Assembly: GCA_024626585.2 (NCBI GenBank) | Contig: JANKJI020000002.1 | Span: forward strand, 61,739,056-61,766,301 | Source: Ginkgo biloba | Lineage: Eukaryota > Plantae > Ginkgophyta | Length of the DNA: 27,246 bases | Direction: 5' to 3' | Program-made: the position numbers and the translations under genes | Part shown: one piece after another, positions 1-11,215 of the stretch | Numbering within the stretch: position 1 is the first letter of the stretch | How the letters are laid out: each line of letters opens with the position of its first letter | Notes under the pieces: model-generated | What the model saw: only the letters and a program-made list of their open reading frames with translations | What the model was told of the DNA's origin: nothing | Databases searched by the model: none

Positions 1-189
1 CTACAAGGAGTCGAACATCTACAATCGTTGTTGGAGGAATAACATCAAGAACAATGGGTATATGACCAATACTCCTTGGGTATGACTCATGAATCACCAA
101 CTGTCTACCTAGTACATCACAACGATACTCCACTAGAAGACATCGTGCTTGATATTTAGTGATGGTACCAGCCACAAAATCTCTCTATG

Positions 190-385
190 CCATCGATGCC
201 TCCCTATTTGCTATGGCAACCTCCCTCCCTGCAATGGAAGCCTATCTCTCTCTACTATCGTTGTATCCCTCTCCGCAATGGCAACCTCTCTCTGCTCTTA
301 TAATATCAATCTTTGATTTGGCTACATCTCTCTCTCCAATGATGGCATACGTCTCCCCAATGGACGCATCCCTCTACTCCCTCAC
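190..385. repeat. Degenerate short-period (~21-22 nt) tandem repeat, C/T-rich with recurring (c)aatggcaacctc motif
   Basis: atggcaacctc occurs at 213-223 and 278-288. Related units ctgcaatggaagcc, ctccaatgatggca and ccccaatggacg are interspersed with ctctct/ctccct runs. This explains the repetitive 76-aa ORF at 159-389. Confidence 0.55.
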
Positions 386-835
386 CTGAGATATTATAAC
401 ATATCTATTCATATCTATCTATCAATTTTGGTTAGTTATGAGAATATTTATACATGATATCAATTAATAACTCTTTAATTTTATTAAAAATTAATAAATA
501 TAAGTAATGCATTTACTTTCTCATTCACAATTTTATAAGAACATTAAGTTGGCTTTGATATACAATCCATTGTGAATAATTACATATATTAAAGAAATAT
601 TATTCCACTTATAAAATTTAACTTCCTATATCTAATTCTCTACCTCCTCCTCATTTACTTACCCATACTTTTTTTTATTCCCTACATTTTTGTCTATCTC
701 TTCCATCTCCTTATCAGTGTCTTCTTATTCTAAAACCTCATTCCACTACCACATTATTCTCTTGTAGTTATACAATAATNNNNNNNNNNNNNNNNNNNNN
801 NNNNNNNNNNNNNNNNNNNNNNNNNNNNNNNNNNN

Positions 836-1700
836 AATCACATGATTGGAGATAGTTGTATCTTTAAGATTGTCCAATGACAATGTATTTTTAAAATCAA
901 ACTATAATGGCTGCTTTAAAATTTTATATGGTGATTTTTCAAAAGTTGTATCTTTTGGGTAGTCTTTAAAATATGTTTCTTGAATGAATCTCTAAAATTT
1001 ATGGCCCCATCCTACATCTTATATTAAAATTTATATCTATACATATGGTTAAAGGATGTCTAAAAAATCATGTGACTAGATATAATTTTCATCTTGCCCA
1101 AGGATTGTAACCAATAAGTCCATCATTTAATTAAAATATGTTAGTTACAATTTCACCCTAGAACATATTTGATTCCATGAATATGAATAATCAACCCAAC
1201 TTGGAATGCTTCTTGAAAAATAATTCTCTTACAAATTGATCATTTTTAATGTAGTACATTTCTATATAGAATAAATGAGGGGTCTATTTAGTTTATTGTT
1301 ATGAAGGAACATAATTTTTATAATTGTTGTAATATCCCCCATGTCCACAAAATAATTCCATATATGTTGTTGTTAATTAGATATAGTACCTTAAGATATT
1401 AGTAGTTTCCTAAGTAAGATAAAATATTACTCATTAACTCATTACTTGATGAGTGTGAAACCTACAAGGGATATTTTATGTTGAATATTTTAGAAGGTAA
1501 TGGATGAAGGGATATTTGAAAAATTATAGCCTCATTGAATAATCACTAATGGATGTAGGGATATTTCCTATTGAATATTATAGAGTACACATATTTTATT
1601 ATTTTTAGTAGGATAATATTACTAAATTATTATTAGATATAATGAAACCTTAAAGGATATTATCTTAAATTTACATATACATGAAAAATAAAATTAATAT
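836..1700 (-). pseudogene. Possible highly decayed gypsy gag remnant
   Basis: The minus strand near 1040-1125 reads TYWLQSLGKMKIISSHMIF*TSFNH, resembling the retrotransposon gag core pattern (A..WF.SL...SI.SW..L...F..HF). Upstream minus-strand sequence is P/S/N/I-rich like the gag N-terminus of element B. The match is weak and by eye only. Confidence 0.3.
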
Positions 1701-2364
1701 AGTTGTTAACCAATATTAAATTCTATTGCAAGAAAGTGACTTGTGAGTGGATTTGGAAGTACACTACAATAAAGTGACAAGTTGAGTGAAATGACTAATA
1801 AATTAAAACGATTAGAAGAGAAAAGAAACTAATAAAAAGAAGAGATAAAAAAACAATAAATAAAAAAAAATATATGGATTGAAAAACCAAAAAAATTATA
1901 GAGAAGAAACCTAGTTCTCCCATATGGAATGTAATAATAGTGCAAAAAATAAAGAATCATTATTTTATCCCAATATAGTAACTTTTAGAATTTTAATATA
2001 TGGAGCTTATATATGTATCCCTAATAATTGCAACTTTTTCACAATGGTAAAAACATTAATTCTTTACCACTTGGACCGCTCTTGGGCATAAAGAATAATA
2101 AACACTTTAAATAAAGATAGTTTATCATTAGAATAAAGAAAAGTGACTCAATATATAGATGTTACATAGATTACTAATTAGAGATATTGAATTTAACTAA
2201 TAATAATAATAAGAGCCACACAATGGGAATTACTAGATATATAATCTTAGGATTACAAATTTAGNNNNNNNNNNNNNNNNNNNNNNNNNNNNNNNNNNNN
2301 NNNNNNNNNNNNNNNNNNNNNNNNNNNNNNNNNNNNNNNNNNNNNNNNNNNNNNNNNNNNNNNN

Positions 2365-2560
2365 ATAAATACTGACAAAATAAAGGCAAACACATAGAGA
2401 CTCCTTTGTTTACCCTGGAGAAACCTCAATGTGAGGAAAAACTCCATCTTGAAATATACTTAGCATCTTGTATTCAATCAACCAACAAGAAATACATACA
2501 AAGGTACATAATTACTCCTCCATGGAGCCTATAAATCACTGTGTCTATGGTCTACAATAA
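2365..2560 (-). mobile_element. LTR fragment carrying a plant LTR-type stem-loop motif
   Basis: 2416-2446 reads tggag-aaa-cctca-atg-tgagg-aaaaa-ctcca, two nested perfect 5-bp stems. The minus strand reads tggagtttttcctcacattgaggtttctccagggtaaac, similar to the GGGTTTTTCC..GGTTTTCC..GTAAA motif I recall from plant LTRs. LTR termini were not identified, and the left side is a gap. Confidence 0.5.
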
Positions 2561-5327
2561 TCATCCCTGTTTCTCCTTTGTTGTGTTCTCTTTTTTTTTT
2601 TTTTCTTCCTTTTTTGTTTCCTCCACTATCCTTAGCTCCCTTAAATTCTCCCTCTCCAAAAATTTTTAGGAATATTTTTGAAATTTTGGAATAAAAAATG
2701 AATGAATATTTATCTAATTTTGGGTGAGTATGTGGGGATATTTACCAAATCTATAGTCCAAAATAAATTTAAAAAAAACATATTACAACCAACTTATGGC
2801 TAAAAAATATTTTTTTGTACTTTGTCTTTTTGAATGGGTAAATGAACAATTTAGGGGATAATTTTTTGTTGGAAATTTAGGGATAGGTGTCACCATACTT
2901 TAATAAATATTTCATCCCATTTTGAGTTTGTATGAACAAGTTATGGTAATAAATAATTCAACTATTTTGACCATTCATCAACCTTTGCTCATTCATTGGA
3001 TGAATGTCTTATCCATTTGTCGAAGTCATTCATTCATTTATCGAATGCCTTTATCCAATTCACTAAAACCATTCCATTAGATCCATTTATTTTNNNNNNN
3101 NNNNNNNCTTTATTCCATTAGCTAGATGACTTATTCTTATCTCATATTTAATGTTTATGATCCAATATGGATTAATACAAGAATACCAAACATGTCTATA
3201 TGAATCAAACTCCTTTAAAGGACTTCTTCTAATTTTATAAAGATCTTTCACAAAATATATAGTGTCCAAATTAGTAGTAGATTCCTTCGCTTCCATGGAT
3301 AAAATAATAAAAAAAATTGTTCTTAAGTAAGAGAGGGAGTTTATTTCANNNNNNNNNNGCCTATGTCTGTGATGAAATACTATTTGAATGTTATACCAAG
3401 ATAGGGTACCATTTAGTGTGTTGTCTTTGTATTATTCTTGTATTTTTAATTATATCTTTCTTATGTTATCATATTTAAGAGAATGCAATTCTAATCTATA
3501 TTACATTTAAACACATACATTACAATAAAAAATTAGACAAAATATAAGAAGGAATATTTGAGAAAATTATTCCAATAAAAACCATAACATGTGTAGTATT
3601 TAAAATTGTCGAAATAAATTATACACTAATAATTCTCCATGACTTGATGTATCTAATATCTAATTCATATATATCACCTAATAAGACTATGTTCCATTAT
3701 AGAGGATAGAACATATGATCCTAGTAAAGGTGCACTCTTATCAAAATTGGATTAATTTTGGGACAACTATTAAAAATATGAAAAACTAATTCTTGATCAT
3801 AATAGAAGGGGAAAATTTGAACAATACCCAATTTTACAAGGTGGGATCCAACATTAATAACAATATGAACTATAATCTAAGGAAATATTTATTTTTTTCT
3901 TCTATATTACCATACCACACTAAGATTCATATAGTATCTTAGGGATGTAGAGTATCTAATATACTCCAATTTTTATTATAATATTATTTTATATCAACAC
4001 ATGTCCTTAACTGATTAGATTACTTATTTACAATATAGTGCATGAGTGGGATATTAAGGACCCATTTCCAATCAAGCCACCATAAACTTTAACAATCTTG
4101 AAAATATTTCACATTCATATCATACAAAATAGCATGCATTAGGTTATAGTATAGAGTTCCATGACAATTTAGTTATCCTAAAGAGTCCTAAAACTTTGGC
4201 TATGAATAATAGTTACTTATATGTATATTCCATAGTGATTAGCAATGGAAATTTCCTTCTAGAACTAAGATTTTGTAGTGTCTAGAAAATTTAGAGAAAA
4301 AGTCTTGTGTTTTACAAAATATACCTTCCCCACCATACTGAAGAATTAGTGGAGGAAAGGTATTTTATATGGTTATCCCTCTTACATGTCAAAAATATCC
4401 TTACACTTACTTATGCCCTCCAAATTTCCTTGAATATTATCAATCCTTTTGGATTGAATCACATTGTTTCCATGAGTAGTTAATCTTTGATGATACCTAC
4501 TTGAGATTTTAAACTACATGGAAGAAACTAAGAGATTTACAATTTCAAAAGTTGTTTCTAGGTACTTTGACCTTGATAACATATTATGACCAATTTGGTA
4601 GCCAATGATATTCCTTGATCTTCTAAAACAAGAATTCTTATACCTTCTTTAACTTTATCCATACACTAAATTTCCTATTTTACCTTCATTATAACCTTAA
4701 CTTCAAAATTTCCACTCCGTAAAAAGTTATAGATAAGGGATGTGATTACTTTATAGGTTGAATTGGAAGGAAGAAGTAAAGATAAAAAGTACATAATGAA
4801 TAGGGTACAAGATCTTTGTTACAACCTACATGCCAAGGAGAGATCCATTATGTTTTAAAAGAAGAGAATTTTTCTTTTTAGCATATCAATTGTATAATCC
4901 TACATTTATTTATATGTAACACCAAATACAAAAGAAATTCTAAGAAACCTAAGGAACCCCTTTTTTAATCATTTCCCCCCCATAATATATGACCTACTAA
5001 GGAACTTTTCCTACATTAATATAATATCATGACCATTTTTCTGGATGAACCTAAGGAATATAAAATATATCTATCTATTTAATCACACACTCAATATTAT
5101 CATGATGAACTTAGATTATAGAATTTGTTTCAACTACAAACTAGACATATAGAAGTTTTGGTTTATAATTTAAAAGAGTAATGCCTCTAATATATAAATG
5201 ATANNNNNNNNNNNNNNNNNNNNNNNNNNNNNNNNNNNNNNNNNNNNNNNNNNNNNNNNNNNNNNNNNNNNNNNNNNNNNNNNNNNNNNNNNNNNNNNNN
5301 NNNTGGCATTACAATAAAATTGGATAG

Positions 5328-5391
5328 TGTTGACCCTTTGAAAGGGTACCCTTATGTTTTTCCAACATATAGCAATGTTAAAGTTTTTGTT
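5328..5391 (+). repeat. Dispersed repeat copy 1 (retroelement post-integrase 3' region motif)
   Basis: 56 of 64 nt are identical to 9118-9181, including a perfect 32-nt block ttgaaagggtacccttatgtttttccaacata (5338-5369 = 9128-9159). Confidence 0.9.
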
Positions 5392-5599
5392 TTGAAGATT
5401 GATTCTAAAAATTAGGGATCAATAAGGAACATGAAATAAATGTATTGTAATCATAAAATATATTTTTTATAACAAAATCCATCAAATTATAAATCACTAT
5501 AAGTGAGATGATTGTGGCATAGGACATTGCCCCAACTCATGAATCGTATACATCCATTACCAAGTAATTATAGTATTAGAGAGAATTTTCAAGCCCTAC

Positions 5600-6960
5600 A
5601 TTCCTACTAAAGACATATACATCATTTGTGTTTGGATAACAAATATAGTTTTATCCTGGTGACCTCCATCTCTTCATTCTTGGAAAATATTATTTTGTAT
5701 TAGAAAAATTAGAGCCATGTTCTACATGTCTTGACTATCATTAGACTCCTTTGGTACATTGAGATCATCGAATAGATAGATATCCCAATCTAAAAGATGA
5801 AAAGAGGTGAAGGAATTTACTTCTACTCACCTCTTCCTTAATTTATTCCACTTTAGATCCTCTAACCTTTTGCTAATATCACAAGGTACCAAGACATCTA
5901 CTTTGAGGAATACTATTTTCATAAAGTCGCTACTACTCAATTTTCCTCAAATATGAGACCTTGATTTTTTATAAGAAGTTAGGGGGAGTAGTGAATTTTC
6001 ATTTAATATACCTCTCCTTTCTCTTTACTCTTTCCAATTCCACCCATCCCATCCTCTTTTCCTCACATAAGCCTAATAATAGTGGAAATGCAACCCATAT
6101 GTCAAATGATTGGTATTTTTCTCTTCACTCTAATAAGTGTTTATTCCTAGCCTAATGTCCCATTCCTTAATGCTACCTCCATGCCTATCCTTTAATCAGT
6201 TTGGAAACCTTCTATAAACTCTAATGTTTATGAATTTTCTAGCATCATTAAATTTACTTCCATGGGAACTTTTATAGAAGAGATCATGAGTTACATCATG
6301 GGTTATATGTACTAGAGTATAGAGTAGGGAGATCAAGGTAGATTTAACATATCAAAAAAATATTTTCTCATAGGTTTAAAATCCCCTAGGTCAGTATAGT
6401 AAGCCCTTGATTAATAAAGGAATGATGTCTAGAGAAAGGAATTAACTTCTCTCCCTAAGATCCCCTTCCATCCTCATTCAATCAAGGAGTAACATGAAAG
6501 ATAAATGATTTTTTTCTCCTTAGTGATATCTTCTCCATGATTCTATTAGGGAGAGATATACCAAGCAAGGTCCAAGGATTTCATATGTCCTTCCTTTATA
6601 TGTATCTCAAATATCCAAATACAAGGGTGATTAATACGTATATGTGTCCTTTATTTTTCTAGTGACTAACATCATGAAACGGTGCATGGGGTTCTTGCCT
6701 TATCTAGTGCCACCCTTATTTAATCGTAGGATGATATCAAAGGAAAGGGAAATCATTAAACCTTGTGGGGATAAGGTAGGATANNNNNNNNNNNNNNNNN
6801 NNNNNNNNNNNNNNNNNNNNNNNNNNNNNNNNNNNNNNNNNNNNNNNNNNNNNNNNNNNNNNNNNNNNNNNNNNNNNNNNNNNAAAAAGGAATAGGATAT
6901 AAAAGAAATAAATGATGAAATCAAAAGATTAAAAGTGACCCCATCCCATTTTTTATCTAC
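5600..6960 (-). pseudogene. Possible decayed antisense accessory ORF of a Tat/Ogre-type 3' region
   Basis: The minus strand gives charged, protein-like stretches broken by stops and frameshifts, e.g. GLCEEKRMGWVELERVKRKERYIK* and SSDFMKIVFLKVDVLVPCDISKRLEDLKWNKLRKR*VEVNSFTSFHLLDWDIYLFDDLNVPKES. It lies downstream of the motif that follows integrase at 9118. No domain was recognised. Confidence 0.3.
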
Positions 6961-8145
6961 CATAAAAGAATAGTTAGTCCTAGCAAGGCAAAATGTGGAT
7001 ATTTTAAAAGGATAAGTGATGAAAGGAATTGCGAATTCCTTAAATCAATTCCTTAAAAGAAGAAGAATCAATGGATCCCTAATTAGAAAAGTTTATATCA
7101 TTTCATAAGAAACTTTCCATAAATAGGGTAGCATTGGAAGAGAGGTATAAAGAGATTTCAAAGGTTACAAAAGTAGAATAATAGAAAAGTAAAGAAACCA
7201 ACATATGCCAGCAACATAAAGATGTAGTATCCTTTGAATCATAGGTCTTCGTGAATAAGGAGGACCATTTTGATGAACAATTGAGATTATCTCATCTAAT
7301 ACAATAGAACAAGCATCTATAAAATAGGATCAAATTTCCTCTTACTAATAAATTACAACTNNNNNNNNNNNNNNNNNNNNNNNNNNNNNNNNNNNNNNNN
7401 NNNNNNNNNNNNNNNNNNNNNNNNNNNNNNNNNNNNNNNNNNNNAAAAAATAATTTGGATCATTCAATTGATGGAAGGAATAAGGCCCTAATAATTTATA
7501 ATAGATTGAATCCCCTTACCTCCCCTTTTCCTTTAAGATTAGATAAGAGTTAAAAAATATTAGAAATCATGGAAACCAACAGAGCTTAAATATCCCTATA
7601 CCCTCCCATAACTCCCTTGTAAATCCAAGTCCCTAATTTAATTAGGGAAGAAGTGATACTTGGGACTAGTGAGGAATAGCTAACATTCACCACTCATAGT
7701 GAAATTCAATCTTCCCTAGTTTTTCCTATGAGTTAATTGAAATAATGGCTTCTTGATTCAACTAGGGAGGAAGTCCTATCAGGGTCACCCAAGGAAAAAT
7801 ATCCCCTCCGTGACCCTACTCAAGTTGAATACCCATCCATATTCACACATCAAGATCAAGTTGATAAACTCCTAAAATTTATAGATCCACTATTGAACCA
7901 AATATGAATGATTATAGGGGACCTATAAGAGTATTTAGAGGTATAAATTCTCATCCCCCTTTCAACCTCACCAATTCAAGTCACACATCATTTTTTAAAA
8001 TATAATATGATCCCTCCTTAAGTGATATTAATGGCATTAAATATTNNNNNNNNNNNNNNNNNNNNNNNNNNNNNNNNNNNNNNNNNNNNNNNNNNNNNNN
8101 NNNNNNNNNNNNNNNNNNNNNNNNNNNNNNNNNNNNNNNNNNNNN

Positions 8146-8970
8146 CAAATTCAAGTAAGTTCCATAAATTCATCCTCATTGTAATAGATTACTTTACTAG
8201 ATGGCCAGAAGGAATTCCTTCCAAATGTGAAACATCAAAGGTGGTGATTAAGTTTATAGAGAATATCATCATGCCCCATTTTGGGATACCTATAACCCTA
8301 ATATCAGATAATGACCCAGACTTTGTATCCACTGATATGATATACTTTGGTAGGAGGTATGGAATTTTCTTTTCATCATCCTTGAACTACTATCTATAAG
8401 AAAATAGATTAGCTAAAGTAACAAATAAAAATCTAATTAGAATTTTGAAGATGACCATTAGGAAGAACCAAATAGATTGGTAATTCAAGCTCCATCAAGC
8501 CTTATGGCCTAACCCAATCATTCTAAATGAATCAATAGGATACTCCCTTTTATTATTGTTATATGGAAAATAAGTAGTGTTTCCTACCAACCTCTCATTG
8601 GCTACCTTGCAGTTAGAAACACTGACACATATGAACTACCCCTAGTCAAGAAGAGGTTATAAGCATTTCTAAGTTTGGAATAAAAAAGAGAAGAATATTA
8701 ATAAAGATTCAACATCTATTAGGATTAAACCAAGAATTATTTTGATAATAAATTTACATTCAATAAAGTGTTTAAACTCAATGATAGGGTCCTCATGTGG
8801 TATAAGGTGAGAAAAAATCCATGTGCGCATAGAAAATTTCATTCCCTCTAGATAGATCCTTTTAAAATTATAGAGTTGATTGGTATCCGTGATTTTAGAC
8901 TAAATACTTTATATGAAGACAAATTTCCCATTCTCATCAATGGACAATATCTCAAAGAATTTATTCTTAA
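8146..8970 (+). pseudogene. Ty3/gypsy (non-chromovirus, Tat/Ogre-type) integrase remnant: rve core plus C-terminal GPY/F region
   Basis: Reads HKFILIVIDYFTRWPEGIP...FGIPITLISDNDPDF...SSLNYYL*ENRLAKVTNKNLIRIL...DW*FKLHQALW...LLYGK*VVFP...FKLNDRVLMW...KFHSL*IDPFKIIELIG...FRLNTL...PILINGQYLKEF. It has multiple stops and frameshifts, the catalytic Glu is replaced by Lys (8415-8417), and no chromodomain follows. Confidence 0.95.
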
Positions 8971-9117
8971 AAATATTGATCGAGGTACCAATCTATATAT
9001 TGTACATATTTCTCACATTTTAATTTATATGTGTATAGTCAACTTAAGATTTTTACTAGAAACATTAGTATGGTTTTTCATAACCTAAAGGGGGTAATTC
9101 CAACCAAGGATTCCACT

Positions 9118-9181
9118 TGTTGATCACTTGAAAGGGTACCCTTATGTTTTTCCAACATACAACTATGTTGAAGTTTTGGTT
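9118..9181 (+). repeat. Dispersed repeat copy 2, ~150 nt downstream of the integrase end
   Basis: 56 of 64 nt are identical to 5328-5391. Contains the perfect 12-bp palindrome aagggtaccctt. Confidence 0.9.
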
Positions 9182-9296
9182 NNNNNNNNNNNNNNNNNNN
9201 NNNNNNNNNNNNNNNNNNNNNNNNNNNNNNNNNNNNNNNNNNNNNNNNNNNNNNNNNNNNNNNNNNNNNNNNNNNNNNNNNTTAGACAAACAAAAT

Positions 9297-9316
9297 CCCT
9301 TTCTATCAAAAAAAAA
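9297..9316 (+). mobile_element. Possible LINE-type 3' tail (body lost in the preceding gap)
   Basis: ccctttctatc followed by A9 (9308-9316) closely resembles the tail cccttttttcttatcg+A9 of the insertion ending at 11216. Confidence 0.35.
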
Positions 9317-9327
9317 TGTAGAACTTA

Positions 9328-9486
9328 TTCAATCGAACAATTTATTGATTGAATAGTTTCTTGGCCGATTTAAAATTTTAAATATTGTGCACGCTTAGGA
9401 TTGAATTTTAAATTTTAAATTTTTGAGTAGTTAATTATTTGACCGAATAAATTTTGTGCCCAAACATTTGTTCAATTGAATAATTT
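9328..9486. repeat. Cluster of short degenerate repeats with core (c/t)gaa(t/c)a..tt, resembling transposon subterminal repeats
   Basis: ttcaatcgaacaattt (9328-9343), ttgattgaatagttt (9345-9359), ttgaccgaataaattt (9439-9454) and ttcaattgaataattt (9471-9486). Confidence 0.45.
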
Positions 9487-11215
9487 TTTTGCCTCAATTT
9501 TTATCGTTGTTTTTCCTAATACCATTAACATGATTTCACCCAAGAGATATAATATGATTGATATTAAATATTATATTGATGTTAATTATTATTTTTTAAT
9601 TAATGAAGAGTATACTTATTTACTTTAAAATAATAGAATATTCAATTAAAAAATAAATATAAATGAGTTTATTTTTCAATATATATTATCCATCAAGTAA
9701 AGAGATAAATCTATACAATCTTTCAATCATAACATCAATTGAATACTTTAGTAATGAATCATCATTAAATTGATTTTATTTATTAGTGCAAATTAATAAT
9801 GAGGTTGTTGGGCATGATTATTTTTAGATAATAGAGTATATATTTCAACTAATTATATAGTTTACTTTTATTGTTACATCTGCTTAACTAAAGACTATCC
9901 ATCTTATGACACTTATTTTGATTTATTCACTCATATTAATAATGTCATGAACCCATATCATAAAAATAATTTAATGGACAAAAATACCCTAAAAAATTTT
10001 TTTTCATAATTTAATAAGTCCTAGCATAAGTTATTTTTTTTTTTTTGTTAAGATAGAAGAAGGTATCTTAATTATTAAAGTAGCAATGATGAATTGGTTC
10101 AATAATTATAGTTTTAGAAAATATAATCTTAGTATGATACATGTTGCATTAACTCAATATATAAATAATCCAAGGATTACTATATTTAATCATTAGTTAA
10201 ATATAATGTTGGAAGTAATATTCTTGTTTATAAAGAAGGCATTACCTCTATACATGTTTAGACTTATGATTTTAGTTTTACTTATGATCTTGATTTGTTT
10301 TGACTATTATAATTAGTAAGGTTATTTATTTGGTTAATTTGGGATTATGTTGTATGTTAATTTTCTAATTTGCACATATTATTATGTTTATTTATTTCAT
10401 TTGGTAATTTTTCATTAAGGGAATTTTTGATTAATTTATATATAAATCAATATTCCCTATGAGCATAAATAGAATATAGTTAATAACTATAATATATGAC
10501 TTAGTGTGGGGATTTAGTTCCTTATGAAATATTATGGTCTCTTGAAGATGATTTCTCCCCTTAGTGGATCAAAGTGAACTCCTTTATGGACAGCCATACC
10601 TATTACAATGAATGCAAAATAGATATAGGATGATGTATGCTCCAAATAAATAAATGGGTTAGTTAATATAATAATATTAGAACCTTAATATTGAAAATNN
10701 NNNNNNNNNNNNNNNNNNNNNNNNNNNNNNNNNNNNNNNNNNNNNNNNNNNNNNNNNNNNNNNNNNNNNNNNNNNNNNNNNNNNNNNNNNNNNNNNNNTT
10801 ATTTGTTTAATTTATTATGGAGAGTTATTTTTGAGATCTTGTCTTGAATATTTGAGCTAGATATTATTTTCCATATCCATTGAGTGCATGGGTTCTCACT
10901 TGGATTGCATGAAAGTTATTTGGCATCTCTACAGGTCTATATGGATCATCATTTTAATTTATGCACAACTTTAAATTTTTTTCCAACTATTTTTTTGTGC
11001 TTATGTAGGTTGTACTATACTTCTACACATTATACCATGCTTTTGCACATAGCACCATGTTTCTCTGAAGTATATTTTTCTTAGTACTCTCTTAAGGTGT
11101 GCACTAACACATTATTATTCTGAAAGGAGATTACTTACATGGTATTTTATTATAAAAATATATGTCAACATAGTATTACAGAGAATCCTAGACTGAGAGT
11201 ATTTTAGTGAGTTTC

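Noticed and set aside
159-389. 76-aa repetitive ORF
   Set aside because: It is a by-product of the degenerate tandem repeat.
3108-3340. Minus-strand IHGSEGI..TNL as an integrase C-terminal fragment
   Set aside because: The similarity is too short and needs a frameshift, and the downstream motifs are not recovered.
4316-4366. Imperfect inverted repeat
   Set aside because: It needs several bulges and is expected by chance in purine/pyrimidine-skewed sequence.
7023-7057. 8-bp hairpin aaggaatt-gcg-aattcctt with an adjacent 11-nt duplication
   Set aside because: It is short and AT-rich, consistent with local slippage, and has no functional context.
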